Source: an uncultured Phycisphaerales bacterium (GTDB lineage Bacteria; Planctomycetota; Phycisphaerae; Sedimentisphaerales; Anaerobacaceae). Taken from it: DNA of 64,000 nucleotides. Shown here in pieces: positions 11,143 to 21,438 of this stretch. Numbering within the stretch: position 1 is the first letter of the stretch; each line of letters begins with the position of its first letter. The stretch is from the NCBI GenBank assembly GCA_963718665.1, contig OY970359.1:1248001-1312000 (forward strand), written 5' to 3'. The notes beneath the pieces are model-generated. The model was not told the origin of the DNA. It saw nothing but the letters and a program-made list of their open reading frames with translations, and did not search any database. A program made the position numbers and the translations under genes.

Positions 11143-11942
11143 ATAGGGCGGCACTGTTGCCGGATGCGCTCGACCCGGACAGGATAAAATCGCATCTCAG
11201 GACAAAACGCATAGGCCAAAAGGTCGTCGTTTATAACAGCACCGCCAGCACAAACGATGTCGCCGCCCAATACGCCAAAAATAAAAATAACGACGGCCTC
11301 GTCGTGCTCGCGGAGGAGCAGATAAAAGGGCGAGGCAGGGGCGGCAATAGATGGATCGCGGGTTTCGCCGACAGCGTAATTTGCTCGATACTCCTGACCG
11401 ATTGCGCCATAAACGCGGAATTGCTGTCATTGACAATCGCCGTTGCTGCCGCCGAGGCAATCGGCAAATGCACTAAGGCCGAAGCAAAAATAAAATGGCC
11501 CAACGATATCATCCTGAACAACAAAAAAGTCGCCGGTATTCTCGTCGAATCAAAGAAGGCGGGTAAATGTACCGCTTACGTAATCGGCATTGGCATTAAC
11601 TGCCATCAAAGCAAACAGGATTTCCCCGCTGAACTGCGGAAAACAGCTACGAGCATCGATATCCAAACCGGTGGCCAAATCGACAGAATCTCGCTCATCA
11701 AACGACTGCTGACCTCGGTTGAAAACTCACTTGAAATCGCGGAACAAAACAAAAAAGAAATTATCGAACATTGGCAACGGTTAAGCGCCCAACTCGGACA
11801 AAGGGTGGCTCTTATTTACAACAAGAGAAAATTTGCCGGCAATTGCATCGGCATTGACCCCGAAAACGGACTCATCTTGCAGTTAGACACCGGCGGAATC
11901 AGAATGTTCCAAGCAGCCCAGACAACAATCGCAAAAGAATAA
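11139..11942 (+). CDS. birA: Biotin-protein ligase lacking the N-terminal HTH
   Basis: STN, QIKGRGRGGNRW, IKWPND, KVAGIL, GIGIN. Confidence 0.93.
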   Translation: MNRAALLPDALDPDRIKSHLRTKRIGQKVVVYNSTASTNDVAAQYAKNKNNDGLVVLAEEQIKGRGRGGNRWIAGFADSVICSILLTDCAINAELLSLTIAVAAAEAIGKCTKAEAKIKWPNDIILNNKKVAGILVESKKAGKCTAYVIGIGINCHQSKQDFPAELRKTATSIDIQTGGQIDRISLIKRLLTSVENSLEIAEQNKKEIIEHWQRLSAQLGQRVALIYNKRKFAGNCIGIDPENGLILQLDTGGIRMFQAAQTTIAKE

Positions 11943-11943
11943 A

Positions 11944-13479
11944 ATGCAGATACTCGAAAATAAAACCGGTTGCAAGTCATTGCTGATACGCGACTGCGGG
12001 TTGGAGAATTTCCGCAATACGCTGGAGGTGCAGCATAAGCTCGTTGAGCAAAGGAGGCAAAACGAAATCGGCGATACGGTTTTGGTTGTCGAGCATCAGG
12101 CGGTAATTACTTTAGGGGCAAGGCAAAACGCAAATAAGCTGCTTATCGAGCGGGACACATTATTATCTCAGGGCATCGACGTTGTCGAAATACGCAGGGG
12201 CGGCGGCGCAACCGCTCATAACCCGGGACAGATTGTGTTTTACCCGATTTTGAATCTTCAGGAATTGCACCTTGATATAAACGAATATATCAGGACGCTT
12301 GAGCAGATTGGAATCGAGCTTCTCGACCAGCTCGGCGTCAAAAGCGAAAGACAAAAGGGCTTTCCGGGTCTTTGGGTTGGCGATAAAAAAATCGCCTCAA
12401 TCGGCGTACGCGTTTCGAGACAGATTACACATCACGGGATGGCGATAAATATACAAAACGATTTGAGCATTTTCGACGCGATTGTCCCCTGCGGCCTTGA
12501 AAATATCAAAATGACCTCCGTCTTTAACGAAACAGGAAAAAAAGTTTCAATGCAGCAAGTTAAAAACAACTTATCGCAACTTCTGAAACGTCATTTCAAA
12601 TCAGAAATCATAAATAATAAATCAAAAATAAGACGCCTTCCCGACTGGCTGCGAAGGCCAATGCCGACAGCAGGCGAATATAGCAAGACGAGCGATATCG
12701 TCGGTTCGCTTGGCCTTGAGACAATCTGTATGAATGCCAATTGCCCCAATCGCGGCCAGTGCTGGGCGAGAGGAACAGCCACAGTCCTCATTCTGGGAAA
12801 CATCTGCACGCGGGGCTGCAAATTCTGCTCGGTTGCCAAAGGCAAACCGGGACCGGCGGACACAACCGAGCCGGGAAGAATGGCGGAACTGGCGAAAAAG
12901 CTTAAATTGCAATACCTCGTAATCACAAGCGTCAACCGCGACGATCTGCCTGATGGCGGAGCGGCCCATTTCCGTGATTGTATTAACGAAGTTCGCAGGC
13001 AATGTCCCAATGTCAAATTTGAAATCCTTACGCCTGATTTTAGCGACTGTCAAACCGGGGCAATTGATATTCTCGCGGAGGCGACGCCATTCGTATTTGC
13101 CCACAACGTCGAGACCGTGCCTTCGCTGTATAAAAAAGCCCGTGCGGGCGGCGATTACAAACGCTCGCTCAACCTGCTTAAAATAGCAAAAGACAAATAC
13201 GGCAGCATCCCGACCAAGTCATCTATTATGCTCGGCCTTGGTGAAACCGACGAAGAAGTTGAGCAGGTCCTGAAAGATTTACGGGCCGTCGGCTGCACTC
13301 GGCTGACAATCGGGCAATATCTCAAACCATCGAAGGATTCCCTTGAGGTTATCAAATACGTCACGCCTGAGAAATTCGACTGGTGGAAGCAAAGAGCGAT
13401 TGACCTTGGCTTTGACTGGGTAATTTCCGCACCCTTTGCCCGCAGCTCATATTTCGCGGAAATGGAAGCTGCGAAGTAG
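11944..13479 (+). CDS. lipB-lipA: Fused octanoyltransferase LipB / lipoyl synthase LipA
   Basis: LipB motifs RRGGGATAHNPGQ, KIASIG, PCGL; LipA motifs CX4CX5C, CX3CX2C, RSSY. Confidence 0.93.
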   Translation: MQILENKTGCKSLLIRDCGLENFRNTLEVQHKLVEQRRQNEIGDTVLVVEHQAVITLGARQNANKLLIERDTLLSQGIDVVEIRRGGGATAHNPGQIVFYPILNLQELHLDINEYIRTLEQIGIELLDQLGVKSERQKGFPGLWVGDKKIASIGVRVSRQITHHGMAINIQNDLSIFDAIVPCGLENIKMTSVFNETGKKVSMQQVKNNLSQLLKRHFKSEIINNKSKIRRLPDWLRRPMPTAGEYSKTSDIVGSLGLETICMNANCPNRGQCWARGTATVLILGNICTRGCKFCSVAKGKPGPADTTEPGRMAELAKKLKLQYLVITSVNRDDLPDGGAAHFRDCINEVRRQCPNVKFEILTPDFSDCQTGAIDILAEATPFVFAHNVETVPSLYKKARAGGDYKRSLNLLKIAKDKYGSIPTKSSIMLGLGETDEEVEQVLKDLRAVGCTRLTIGQYLKPSKDSLEVIKYVTPEKFDWWKQRAIDLGFDWVISAPFARSSYFAEMEAAK

Positions 13480-13486
13480 AAGCCGT

Positions 13487-14809
13487 CTAAACACCGGAGA
13501 CAACGATGTCATTGAAAACCATGCTCGGCGTTCGCCAGTCGCTGTAAAGCCATGGGTCGTTGGCACACTCGGCCAGCTTGTGCCAGAATTTGAGGTGATT
13601 GTCGGCGATATTCATTTCGGAAACGGGGTGAACTATTTTGCCGCCTTCGAAAAATTGCCCGAATATGCCGACCGAGAAATCGCCCGTCGTGGGATTCGAA
13701 TTGCCGCCGAGAAAATCCGTAACGAGGATTCCCCTGCCGAGGTCTTTGATTATTTTCTCGACCGAGCGAACGCCCGCCGGGATAATCATATTGCCCGTCG
13801 AGCCGCTTGTCGGCTCAAGCCCGAGCTTTCTGCTGTAATACCAGTCGATATAAAAATCTTTCAGGACGCCCGCCTCGATAATGGTCCGCTTTTTCGCCGC
13901 GAAGCCGTCCCCGTCATACAGCCGGCTTCCCTGCCCCTCCGGGATAAGCGGGTCATCAACAAGAATGAATTTGTCGCTCCCGATTTTTTGCCCCTTTTTG
14001 TCGGCCAGAAACGACTGCTTGCGATAAATATTTCGCCCCTCAATCGCCTCAAAAAAACCGCTTATAATCCGATACACGTTTCTGTTCTCGATGATAACAG
14101 GCAGCGTGGCAGTAGCTATTTTTTTTGCCCCAAGTTTCGCCAACGCCTTGCGTGCAGCGTTAGCGCCGATAGTTTCGGGGTTTCCCAGTTTTTTGTAGAA
14201 ATGGTATTGGGCATAGTCATAAGCTGTCGGCCTGCGGTTGTCATCGTCGCGAACACTTACCGAAACATCGGCGCTGAAATCTGTGGAGCTGCTGTAGCCC
14301 GAAAAGCCGTTGCTTGTAAGCGTAACCGACTCACCGAACTCGTCATTAAATCCTGCCTCAATGGTAACAACCTTGTCCCCGCCCGCCGACCACGCGGCGT
14401 TTTCCGCTGCTTTTACTATTGTATGCTTCTGCTCCGCCGACAAATCATCGATAGACGCATCCGCGATTTTAAGGTCGATATCCGCCCGGCCCTGGTAATA
14501 CTTCGGGTCGGGCAAAGTCCTGTATGGGTCCTCCGCAATAAGTTTTGTAGTAGAAACCGCGTCTGAAATAAATTCCTTCAGCGCATCTTTTCGCAAATCA
14601 CAGGTATTCTGCGAAGAATATCTGCCCGCGACAAAAAGGTCTATTCCCATCTGCACCGTGGTCGCCTGCTTGATTATCTCTGGTTTCCTGTCCCTGTATT
14701 GTATTTCCACGAACCGGCTTTTGCCCAACCCTACTCTCAAATCCTTCGCGCCCGCTTTGCCTGCGGTCTCCAAAACCCACTTGCACAGGTCATACATTTG
14801 TTTGTTCAT
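13487..14809 (-). CDS. pmbA: PmbA/TldE family protein
   Basis: YDGDG, GGNSNPTTGDFS, VSEMNIADN; lacks HExxxH; paired with tldD. Confidence 0.88.
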   Translation of the reverse strand: MNKQMYDLCKWVLETAGKAGAKDLRVGLGKSRFVEIQYRDRKPEIIKQATTVQMGIDLFVAGRYSSQNTCDLRKDALKEFISDAVSTTKLIAEDPYRTLPDPKYYQGRADIDLKIADASIDDLSAEQKHTIVKAAENAAWSAGGDKVVTIEAGFNDEFGESVTLTSNGFSGYSSSTDFSADVSVSVRDDDNRRPTAYDYAQYHFYKKLGNPETIGANAARKALAKLGAKKIATATLPVIIENRNVYRIISGFFEAIEGRNIYRKQSFLADKKGQKIGSDKFILVDDPLIPEGQGSRLYDGDGFAAKKRTIIEAGVLKDFYIDWYYSRKLGLEPTSGSTGNMIIPAGVRSVEKIIKDLGRGILVTDFLGGNSNPTTGDFSVGIFGQFFEGGKIVHPVSEMNIADNHLKFWHKLAECANDPWLYSDWRTPSMVFNDIVVSGV

Positions 14810-14810
14810 T

Positions 14811-16355
14811 CTATGCTCCCTGTTTTTTTGTCCCGCCGACAGTTAAAGACCGAACCATAACCGTAGGCATTCCCGCGTCTATCGGCACTAATTGCCCCTC
14901 TTTGCCGCAGGTGGACACGCCGCTCCAGCCCAGCTTCAGGTCGTCTGCGGCCATTGTGATATCCTGCAGCAGTTTCGGGCCGTTGCCCATTATGTTGATG
15001 TCTTTGATTGGGGCGCCGAGTTTGCCGCCTTCTATCAGCCGGCCCTGCGAAACATAAAACGCGAAATCCCCCTGGCCGATATTCACCTGCCCGTTGCTGA
15101 CGTCCTGGATATAAACGCCTTTCTTGACGCTTTCGATAATTTCCTGCGGCTTGTTTGGCCCGGGCAGAATATAGGTATTTCGCATTCTCGGTATCGGGTA
15201 ATGCGCATAACTTTCCCGCCGGCCGTTACCAGTGGAGGATAATCCGTAATGTTTGGCGGAAATCCTGTCGTGAAGATAACTTTTCAAAATTCCGTTTTCA
15301 ACAATCGCCGTTTTCTGGCTCGGCGTGCCCTCGTCGTCAAAGTTAATCGAGCCGCGCGCGTTAGGCCACATCCCGTCGTCAACAACCGTTACCATCGGCT
15401 CAGCGACTTTCTGCCCCATCATCGTGCTGTAAATCGACGTCTTCTTGCGGTTGAAATCCGCCTCGAATCCGTGCCCGACCGCCTCGTGCAGTAAAACGCC
15501 CGGAGAACCCGGGGCAAAAACAACAGGCATTTCGCCCGCGGGCACAACTACAGCATCGAGGAGCGTTACCGCACCATCGACAACACCCTCGGCCACTTCC
15601 TTCGCGATATCGTCTGTGTAATATGAAAAATCGCGCCTGCCTCCCCGTGAAAACCAGAACTGCTCTTTGCGACCATCTTTCTCAACCGTAACCATAGCGG
15701 TTAGCGAACTGCCGGGAAGCAAGTCCTCCGACTTGATCCCATCGCTCGTAACAACCATTATCCGCTTCCTCGCGTCGCTGAAACGGGCAATTGTCTTGAT
15801 AACGTAATTGGAGCTAGCGAAGCATTTGCCTGCGGTTGACTCGACAAGCGAAAGCCGGGGCGCCAATGGCGCGGGCTTTGTGCCCGTCAGCGGGTAGTAG
15901 TCACTTATCTTGGCAACCGCAAATTTACCGGACACAAGGGTCGCTGAACCGTCGGCAATCGTCGCGGCCGTCGCCGCCGCTGCCATCATCGATTTCTCCG
16001 TCAGCTCCTGCGTAAACCCGAACCCCACCTGGTCGCCCTTGACCGTGCGGATTCCCACGCCGAGATTGACCGATGTAGATGCCCGGTCAACCTTTTTGTC
16101 TTCCAAGCCCAGCGAATTTGATATGGTATGCTCGAAGTAAAGGTCCGCGAAATCCCCGCCCTTCGAAAGCGCCTTGCCCAGTACTTTTTTGCACAAAGCA
16201 TCGGTTATGCCGAATTCTTTTTCAAAATATCCTCCTCTTTCGGTTCCCGCGAAGGTCAGCCAGCCGTCGAACAACACAGGCGCAGCGATTATCGCGCCCC
16301 CGGCAGCTGTGGTGGCTTTCAGAAAAGTGCGTCTGTCAATTCTATCCATAATCAT
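14811..16355 (-). CDS. tldD: TldD family metalloprotease with a twin-arginine signal peptide
   Basis: HEAVGHGFEAD, DDEG, PRMRNT, CGKEGQ; N-terminal DRRTFLK followed by a hydrophobic stretch. Confidence 0.92.
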   Translation of the reverse strand: MIMDRIDRRTFLKATTAAGGAIIAAPVLFDGWLTFAGTERGGYFEKEFGITDALCKKVLGKALSKGGDFADLYFEHTISNSLGLEDKKVDRASTSVNLGVGIRTVKGDQVGFGFTQELTEKSMMAAAATAATIADGSATLVSGKFAVAKISDYYPLTGTKPAPLAPRLSLVESTAGKCFASSNYVIKTIARFSDARKRIMVVTSDGIKSEDLLPGSSLTAMVTVEKDGRKEQFWFSRGGRRDFSYYTDDIAKEVAEGVVDGAVTLLDAVVVPAGEMPVVFAPGSPGVLLHEAVGHGFEADFNRKKTSIYSTMMGQKVAEPMVTVVDDGMWPNARGSINFDDEGTPSQKTAIVENGILKSYLHDRISAKHYGLSSTGNGRRESYAHYPIPRMRNTYILPGPNKPQEIIESVKKGVYIQDVSNGQVNIGQGDFAFYVSQGRLIEGGKLGAPIKDINIMGNGPKLLQDITMAADDLKLGWSGVSTCGKEGQLVPIDAGMPTVMVRSLTVGGTKKQGA

Positions 16356-16545
16356 TCCCCGGCTGTTCCCCCAATAACCTCTTTTATACTTGCCGCAAGT
16401 TTATTCTGTTCGCACCTCTTATGCAACCCGATTCCAGGAACTCAAAACCAAAATAGCGAAACTGGACAGACGGAAGGTAATCTGATAGATTTCCCATAGC
16501 CAAGACCCGTTGCCTCACAATCAATTATAAATACGAGGAATTGAT

Positions 16546-18288
16546 ATGACCGGAGAAAACGAAAAAGAAATCAGGCGAGATTTTATACGTGATATGGTTG
16601 CTGAGGATATCGCTCCCGGCGGCCGGTTCGAAGGAAAGACCGTCTGCACCCGTTTCCCTCCCGAACCGAACGCCTACCTTCACATAGGCCACGCGAAAGC
16701 CGTCTGGATTGACTACGGCATAGCCGAGGAATTCGGCGGACTGTTCAATCTCCGCTTTGACGACACAAACCCCGCAAAAGAAGAGCAGGAATTTGTCGAT
16801 GCCATCATCGAGGATGTCCGCTGGCTCGGCGCAAAATGGGATGGGCGATTATTCTTCGCCAGTGATTACTTCGGCCAGATGTACGACTGGGCAATCGAGC
16901 TGATTAAAAAAGGTAAAGCATACGTCTGCGACCTCACCCCCGACCAGGTCAGTGCGCACCGCGGCACACTTACCGCCCCGGGCAAAAACAGCCCCTATCG
17001 CGACAGACCCGTCGAGGAAAACCTCGATTTATTTACCCGGATGCGAAACGGCGAATTTCCCGATGGCGTAAAGACACTCCGCGCCAAAATCGATATGGCC
17101 CACCCCAACCTCAATATGCGCGACCCCATTATGTACCGCATCCTGCACACCGAACACCACCGCCAGGGTAACAAGTGGTGCATTTACCCGATGTACGACT
17201 GGGCGCACGGCTTCGAGGATTCAATCGAGGGCATCACCCACAGCTTGTGCAGTTTGGAATACGAAAATCATCGCCCCCTCTATGACTGGTTCATCGACGC
17301 GGTAAACGAAGGACGCACCGACGACGGCTCAGGCCCCTGGGGCAAAAAAATAAATCACCCGCGTCAAATCGAATTTGCTCGCCTCAATCTCACTTACACG
17401 GTTATGTCCAAACGAAAACTCATCGACCTCGTCCGCGGAGGCCACGTTCGCGATTTCGACGACCCGCGCCTCCCCACGCTCGCGGGCCTTCGCCGGAAGG
17501 GTTACACCCCCGAAGCGATTCGCAATTTCTGCGCCACCATCGGCGTCAATAAATTCTACAGCACCATTGATGTCGCCCTGCTCGAACACTGCGTCCGCGA
17601 GGACCTCAATAAAAGCAGCACGCGCGTTATGGCGGTATTACGCCCCTTGAAAGTGATTATAGATAACTACCCTGAAGGACAAACTGAGCAACTGGATGCT
17701 GTAAATAACCCCGAAGACCCGTCCGCCGGCACTCGAAAAGTCCCGTTCTCAAAAGAGCTTTATATCGAACGGGATGACTTTATGGAAACCCCGCCTCCCA
17801 AATTCTATCGGCTAAGCCCCGGCAAAGAAGTCCGCCTGCGCTACGCCTACTTCATCAAATGCACAAATGCCGTGAAAGATAAAAATGGCAATATCGTCGA
17901 ATTGCATTGCACCTACGACCCTGCCACAAAAGGCGGCGACGCATCCGACGGCAGAAAAGTAAAATCGACAATTCACTGGGTTTCCGCCAAAGACGCCATA
18001 CCCGCCGAAGTCCGATTGTATGAGAATCTCTTCACCAAAGAAAATCCCGACGACGCCCCCGAAGGCAAGGACTTCACCGCAAACCTGAATCCCAAATCGC
18101 TCGAAATCCTGAGAAATTGTTTTGTCGAGCCGGCCTTGAAAAACGCCCAGCCCCTTGCTCGCTATCAGTTTGAACGATTGGGCTATTTCTGCGTTGACCC
18201 CGACACCGCCAACGGCGCGCTTACCTTCAGCCGAACCGTTTCTCTCCGTGACGAATGGGCGAAAATACAGAAAACACGGAAATCCTAA
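16546..18288 (+). CDS. glnS: Glutamine--tRNA ligase
   Basis: [23 protein letters not shown]. Confidence 0.96.
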   Translation: MTGENEKEIRRDFIRDMVAEDIAPGGRFEGKTVCTRFPPEPNAYLHIGHAKAVWIDYGIAEEFGGLFNLRFDDTNPAKEEQEFVDAIIEDVRWLGAKWDGRLFFASDYFGQMYDWAIELIKKGKAYVCDLTPDQVSAHRGTLTAPGKNSPYRDRPVEENLDLFTRMRNGEFPDGVKTLRAKIDMAHPNLNMRDPIMYRILHTEHHRQGNKWCIYPMYDWAHGFEDSIEGITHSLCSLEYENHRPLYDWFIDAVNEGRTDDGSGPWGKKINHPRQIEFARLNLTYTVMSKRKLIDLVRGGHVRDFDDPRLPTLAGLRRKGYTPEAIRNFCATIGVNKFYSTIDVALLEHCVREDLNKSSTRVMAVLRPLKVIIDNYPEGQTEQLDAVNNPEDPSAGTRKVPFSKELYIERDDFMETPPPKFYRLSPGKEVRLRYAYFIKCTNAVKDKNGNIVELHCTYDPATKGGDASDGRKVKSTIHWVSAKDAIPAEVRLYENLFTKENPDDAPEGKDFTANLNPKSLEILRNCFVEPALKNAQPLARYQFERLGYFCVDPDTANGALTFSRTVSLRDEWAKIQKTRKS

Positions 18289-18299
18289 AGGTGTTATAT

Positions 18300-19145
18300 A
18301 TGAGATACATAACGCTTTTCGCAATGGCGATTATTTTTGCGGGCGGATGCCAACAGACCTACGTGGCCGAAAAAGCCGAAAAGGCGAAGTTGTCCGATGC
18401 CGAATATCGGGAAGTATTCAAAGCCGAACGCCTCGGCGAAGAACTCTATTTTCAGGATACCATCGCCGCGAAGGCCTCGCGTATGCTTTTGCAGACAGTC
18501 GGCCCCATAAAACCCGGCGAACTTTCCGGCTGGATTGTCGTCAAGGATGGCGTAAAAACCCTGACGCGATTTATCAGGCAAACCGGGGAAGATATTAACG
18601 TCATTTACGACGTGCAGCTTGACGTTAAGGGCGATGGTACGGTTACAAAGGATAATCTGAGACCTTTGTCGAAAACAGAAATAGCGATGTTCCACGCCAG
18701 GCGAAACGCAATGCGAGCCGCGCCGAAGGATTGCGCCCGGGCTTACAATACCGCCGTAATGGAGGACATAGATTCAAATGGCTGGCTGGTATATATCCTC
18801 GCAGCCACAAAGGAAAATGTAGTCGTTGTCGGAGGACACAGCCGGGTTAAGGTCTCCGCTGACGGCGATAACGTCCTGTCTGTAACCCCGCTTTATAAAT
18901 CCTGTCTTACCATACCGATACCCGCCGACGGCAACAATGCCAAACAGGAAGCGCTTTATCTTAGTTACCCAGTGGCCGACGTCCCTTCGGAAATCCACGT
19001 ATATCTGAACCGCCTTCACGGTTATCCTGTTTATGTAACCACAACAAGAGGCAACTGGCTGGTGAAGGATGGCAGAATTTTACTTCTCAAACCCCCCGAA
19101 AAAACAAAACCACAGGAAATCAACAAGGCACAGCAGAAAAAATAA
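18300..19145 (+). CDS. Hypothetical lipoprotein
   Basis: MRYITLFAMAIIFAGGC lipobox; AAAGGTG ribosome-binding site. Confidence 0.7.
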   Translation: MRYITLFAMAIIFAGGCQQTYVAEKAEKAKLSDAEYREVFKAERLGEELYFQDTIAAKASRMLLQTVGPIKPGELSGWIVVKDGVKTLTRFIRQTGEDINVIYDVQLDVKGDGTVTKDNLRPLSKTEIAMFHARRNAMRAAPKDCARAYNTAVMEDIDSNGWLVYILAATKENVVVVGGHSRVKVSADGDNVLSVTPLYKSCLTIPIPADGNNAKQEALYLSYPVADVPSEIHVYLNRLHGYPVYVTTTRGNWLVKDGRILLLKPPEKTKPQEINKAQQKK

Positions 19146-19175
19146 ACCGCCTTGTGGTTATCGCTGCCGGATAAG

Positions 19176-19244
19176 TCATTTCGCCAGGATAAATTTGATT
19201 GAAATCACCAGCATCGCTACGCCGAAAATCCTCGAAAGCATCAC
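19176..19244 (-). pseudogene. 3' fragment of a short TSUP (TauE/SafE) transporter gene
   Basis: Encodes VMLSRIFGVAMLVISIKFILAK-stop, a typical short-TSUP C-terminus; its partner 5' fragment is at 20181-20264. Confidence 0.6.
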
Positions 19245-19325
19245 CCCGATACCGCCAATGGCACACTCACCTTCAACCGCACCATCTCCCTCCGCGACGA
19301 ATGGGCAACGGTACAAAAGCAGACA
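19245..19325 (+). pseudogene. Diverged second copy of the glnS 3' end
   Basis: PDTANGTLTFNRTISLRDEWATVQK versus gln[26 protein letters not shown] (from 18199); many differences are synonymous. Confidence 0.9.
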
Positions 19326-19327
19326 AG

Positions 19328-20109
19328 TCATAAAAGCCCCTGATACGCAACCCTGAGACCTGCTAATGTCACTGCGACAGCCAGGAGCTTTATTATCGAT
19401 GCACCCTTGAACCTCTGCGAAATCCTTGCGCCGATTTGAGCTCCTGTTATTACCCCGGCAGCCAGAAATAATACAGTCGGCCACTGCCCCGTCAGATTGC
19501 CCTGATATATATGAGCAATGGTGCCGGCCAGCGTCATTATCGCAAGGGTAAAATGACTCGTGGCAGTGGCGAAATGTACGGGGAAACGGAGCAAATATAC
19601 CATCATAGGCACATGAATAATACCGCCGCCGATACCCAGGATGCTCGAAAATAATCCTACAAGTGTGCTGATTATCATACCAATCTTAATATTATAGGGC
19701 GGAATGGTTGTAGCGTCGGCCTGCTGAAAATTGAGCCGTTTTTCAACTGAGATAAACAGGTATGTCCCTGCAAGTATCATTGTAAGGCCGAAAATTATGT
19801 CAAATGCCTTAATGGGGATATAATTAATCACTATTGCACCGATTATAGCCCCTGGTATCGCCGCAATTGCGAATAACGACCCTGCCCTGTAATTGATTCG
19901 CTTCATCCTTGCATAAGCGATGCTGCCTGAAACGGCGTTAGCGCAAATTATCGCCAGCGAAACGGCTGTAAGCACAGCGGGGTCCGCGTCTCTATAAAAA
20001 ATCAGAAATGCCGGCATTAGCAGGAAACCACCCCCGGCTCCAATTAATGTCCCCAGTGCCCCGACTAACACGCCGAAAATATTAATCCGATTATTACTTC
20101 AGGTCCCAT
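19328..20109 (-). CDS. Sulfite exporter TauE/SafE (TSUP) family transporter; apparent frameshift near 20076-20079
   Basis: Two GxGGG motifs (GAGGG, GIGGG) and many transmembrane segments; main frame 19328-20071, with the N-terminus MGPEVIIGLI from ATG 20109 in another frame. Confidence 0.85.
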
Positions 20110-20110
20110 T

Positions 20111-20188
20111 ACCGAACAGTTCGACTAATTTCGCTTCAATTGATTTGCTCTCACAAAACGCCTGTCCCACGAGGACGGCTCCCGCCCC
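20111..20188 (-). pseudogene. Diverged second copy of the trpC 3' end
   Basis: GAGAVLVGQAFCESKSIEAKLVELFG versus trpC GVSAVLIGQTLCESRDIAARFKELFD. Confidence 0.85.
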
Positions 20189-20264
20189 CGATACCCAAAA
20201 GCCCGCTCAGAATTCCCGCAACCAATCCGAACACCAAGTAAAGAGCTATCGCCATTTTATTCAT
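20181..20264 (-). pseudogene. 5' fragment of a TSUP (TauE/SafE) gene
   Basis: MNKMAIALYLVFGLVAGILSGLLGIGGG with an AAGGA RBS, then runs into the trpC remnant and stops. Confidence 0.75.
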
Positions 20265-20286
20265 CCTTATAAATCGATTTTAATAC

Positions 20287-21438
20287 TCACTTGACCAAAA
20301 GCACGATAAGGTCAATTATAAAAAGCAGCACAATCGTTACCTCAAGCACAAACATCACCGTGTTAAACCTGTTTTGAAGCAGAATCTGGTAGAGGCCGTC
20401 GAGCGTCCTGGTTTTTTCCCCGATTATACGCTGCCAGTCGCCGAGGTGGAACCTGTCCATAAGATTCCTGTGCGTCTTCGCAAGGTGCCAGTCGCCGAAA
20501 AATTTCGTTATGTTCGACAGCTCATCGCTTATTCTCGCAAGGTCAATACGAAGCTCGCGCAGATTATGCAGCATTTTGCGGGTGGAACCGGCTGCTTCTT
20601 TATTCATATCGCTGTAAGCAAACTGAAGCGCCTCATCCAGCGTCCTGTCATAAGCCGCAAGCTCGACTAACTGCACGTTTGCAAGCTCCATTATGTGCAG
20701 AACGTCGTCTAAGGAATCCTGCTGCCCCACCACAACCGCCGAATCCCAGTCAACCACAACAAGGTCGTCCCCGTAATAGCTCAGGTATAATTCCGTCGAT
20801 TCACTGACCTCCTGCTCTGATAACGATTCGGCGTTTTCCTCCTGCATAAGCAGCGCCGCCACTCGCCTTCTGTTGGCCTTCAGCCAGTCCTCTGCGCGAA
20901 CCCCCTGCCCTTCCACCCCAGGCAGTCCTGCCAAGCAAAACACCGTATATGCTTCCGCCTGCATCAGCGCAGCCACTGGTCGAACACAGTAAGGCGCAAG
21001 GTCCTTTCTAACGCTTTCAGCAAACTCCGCCACCTCTTCCTCAAGACCCCGCTGGGCGAATTTCAAATCGTGATAACCCACAAGGTCCTCCAGCCGGTTA
21101 ACCTCAAACGGCACTCGAACCTGGACGGTCATTGCGCCGACGCCGAAAATTTTAACGCTTTTCCTGATTTCAAGCGATTCTCCGCTGCGAAGCTGGCGCT
21201 TCTCAGGAGCAAACTCGGCTATTCTCGGCCGGTAGAAAAACATCTGCTTTGGAATTCGTTTGCTGGGGCCGACTAAGTAATCCCTTGTCGGCTGGTTTAA
21301 AATTTTCTCCACCGGCTCATTTTTAATATCGTATGCTATGTCATAAGCATAGACATAGACCACCTCGCCGTGATACGGCAAACCTTGCCCCTGCGCACTA
21401 CCGGCTTTTTTCTCGTTTTTTATCTCCATTTCAGTCAA
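20287..21438 (-). CDS. Conserved hypothetical protein with a C-terminal TM helix (RMD1/DUF155-like)
   Basis: 383-aa ORF overlapping the trpC stop; helical C-terminal half ending in LEVTIVLLFIIDLIVLL. Confidence 0.6.
   Translation of the reverse strand: MTEMEIKNEKKAGSAQGQGLPYHGEVVYVYAYDIAYDIKNEPVEKILNQPTRDYLVGPSKRIPKQMFFYRPRIAEFAPEKRQLRSGESLEIRKSVKIFGVGAMTVQVRVPFEVNRLEDLVGYHDLKFAQRGLEEEVAEFAESVRKDLAPYCVRPVAALMQAEAYTVFCLAGLPGVEGQGVRAEDWLKANRRRVAALLMQEENAESLSEQEVSESTELYLSYYGDDLVVVDWDSAVVVGQQDSLDDVLHIMELANVQLVELAAYDRTLDEALQFAYSDMNKEAAGSTRKMLHNLRELRIDLARISDELSNITKFFGDWHLAKTHRNLMDRFHLGDWQRIIGEKTRTLDGLYQILLQNRFNTVMFVLEVTIVLLFIIDLIVLLVK

Noticed and set aside
13436..14566. 376-aa ORF on the + strand
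   Set aside because: Antisense to pmbA; no recognisable protein features.
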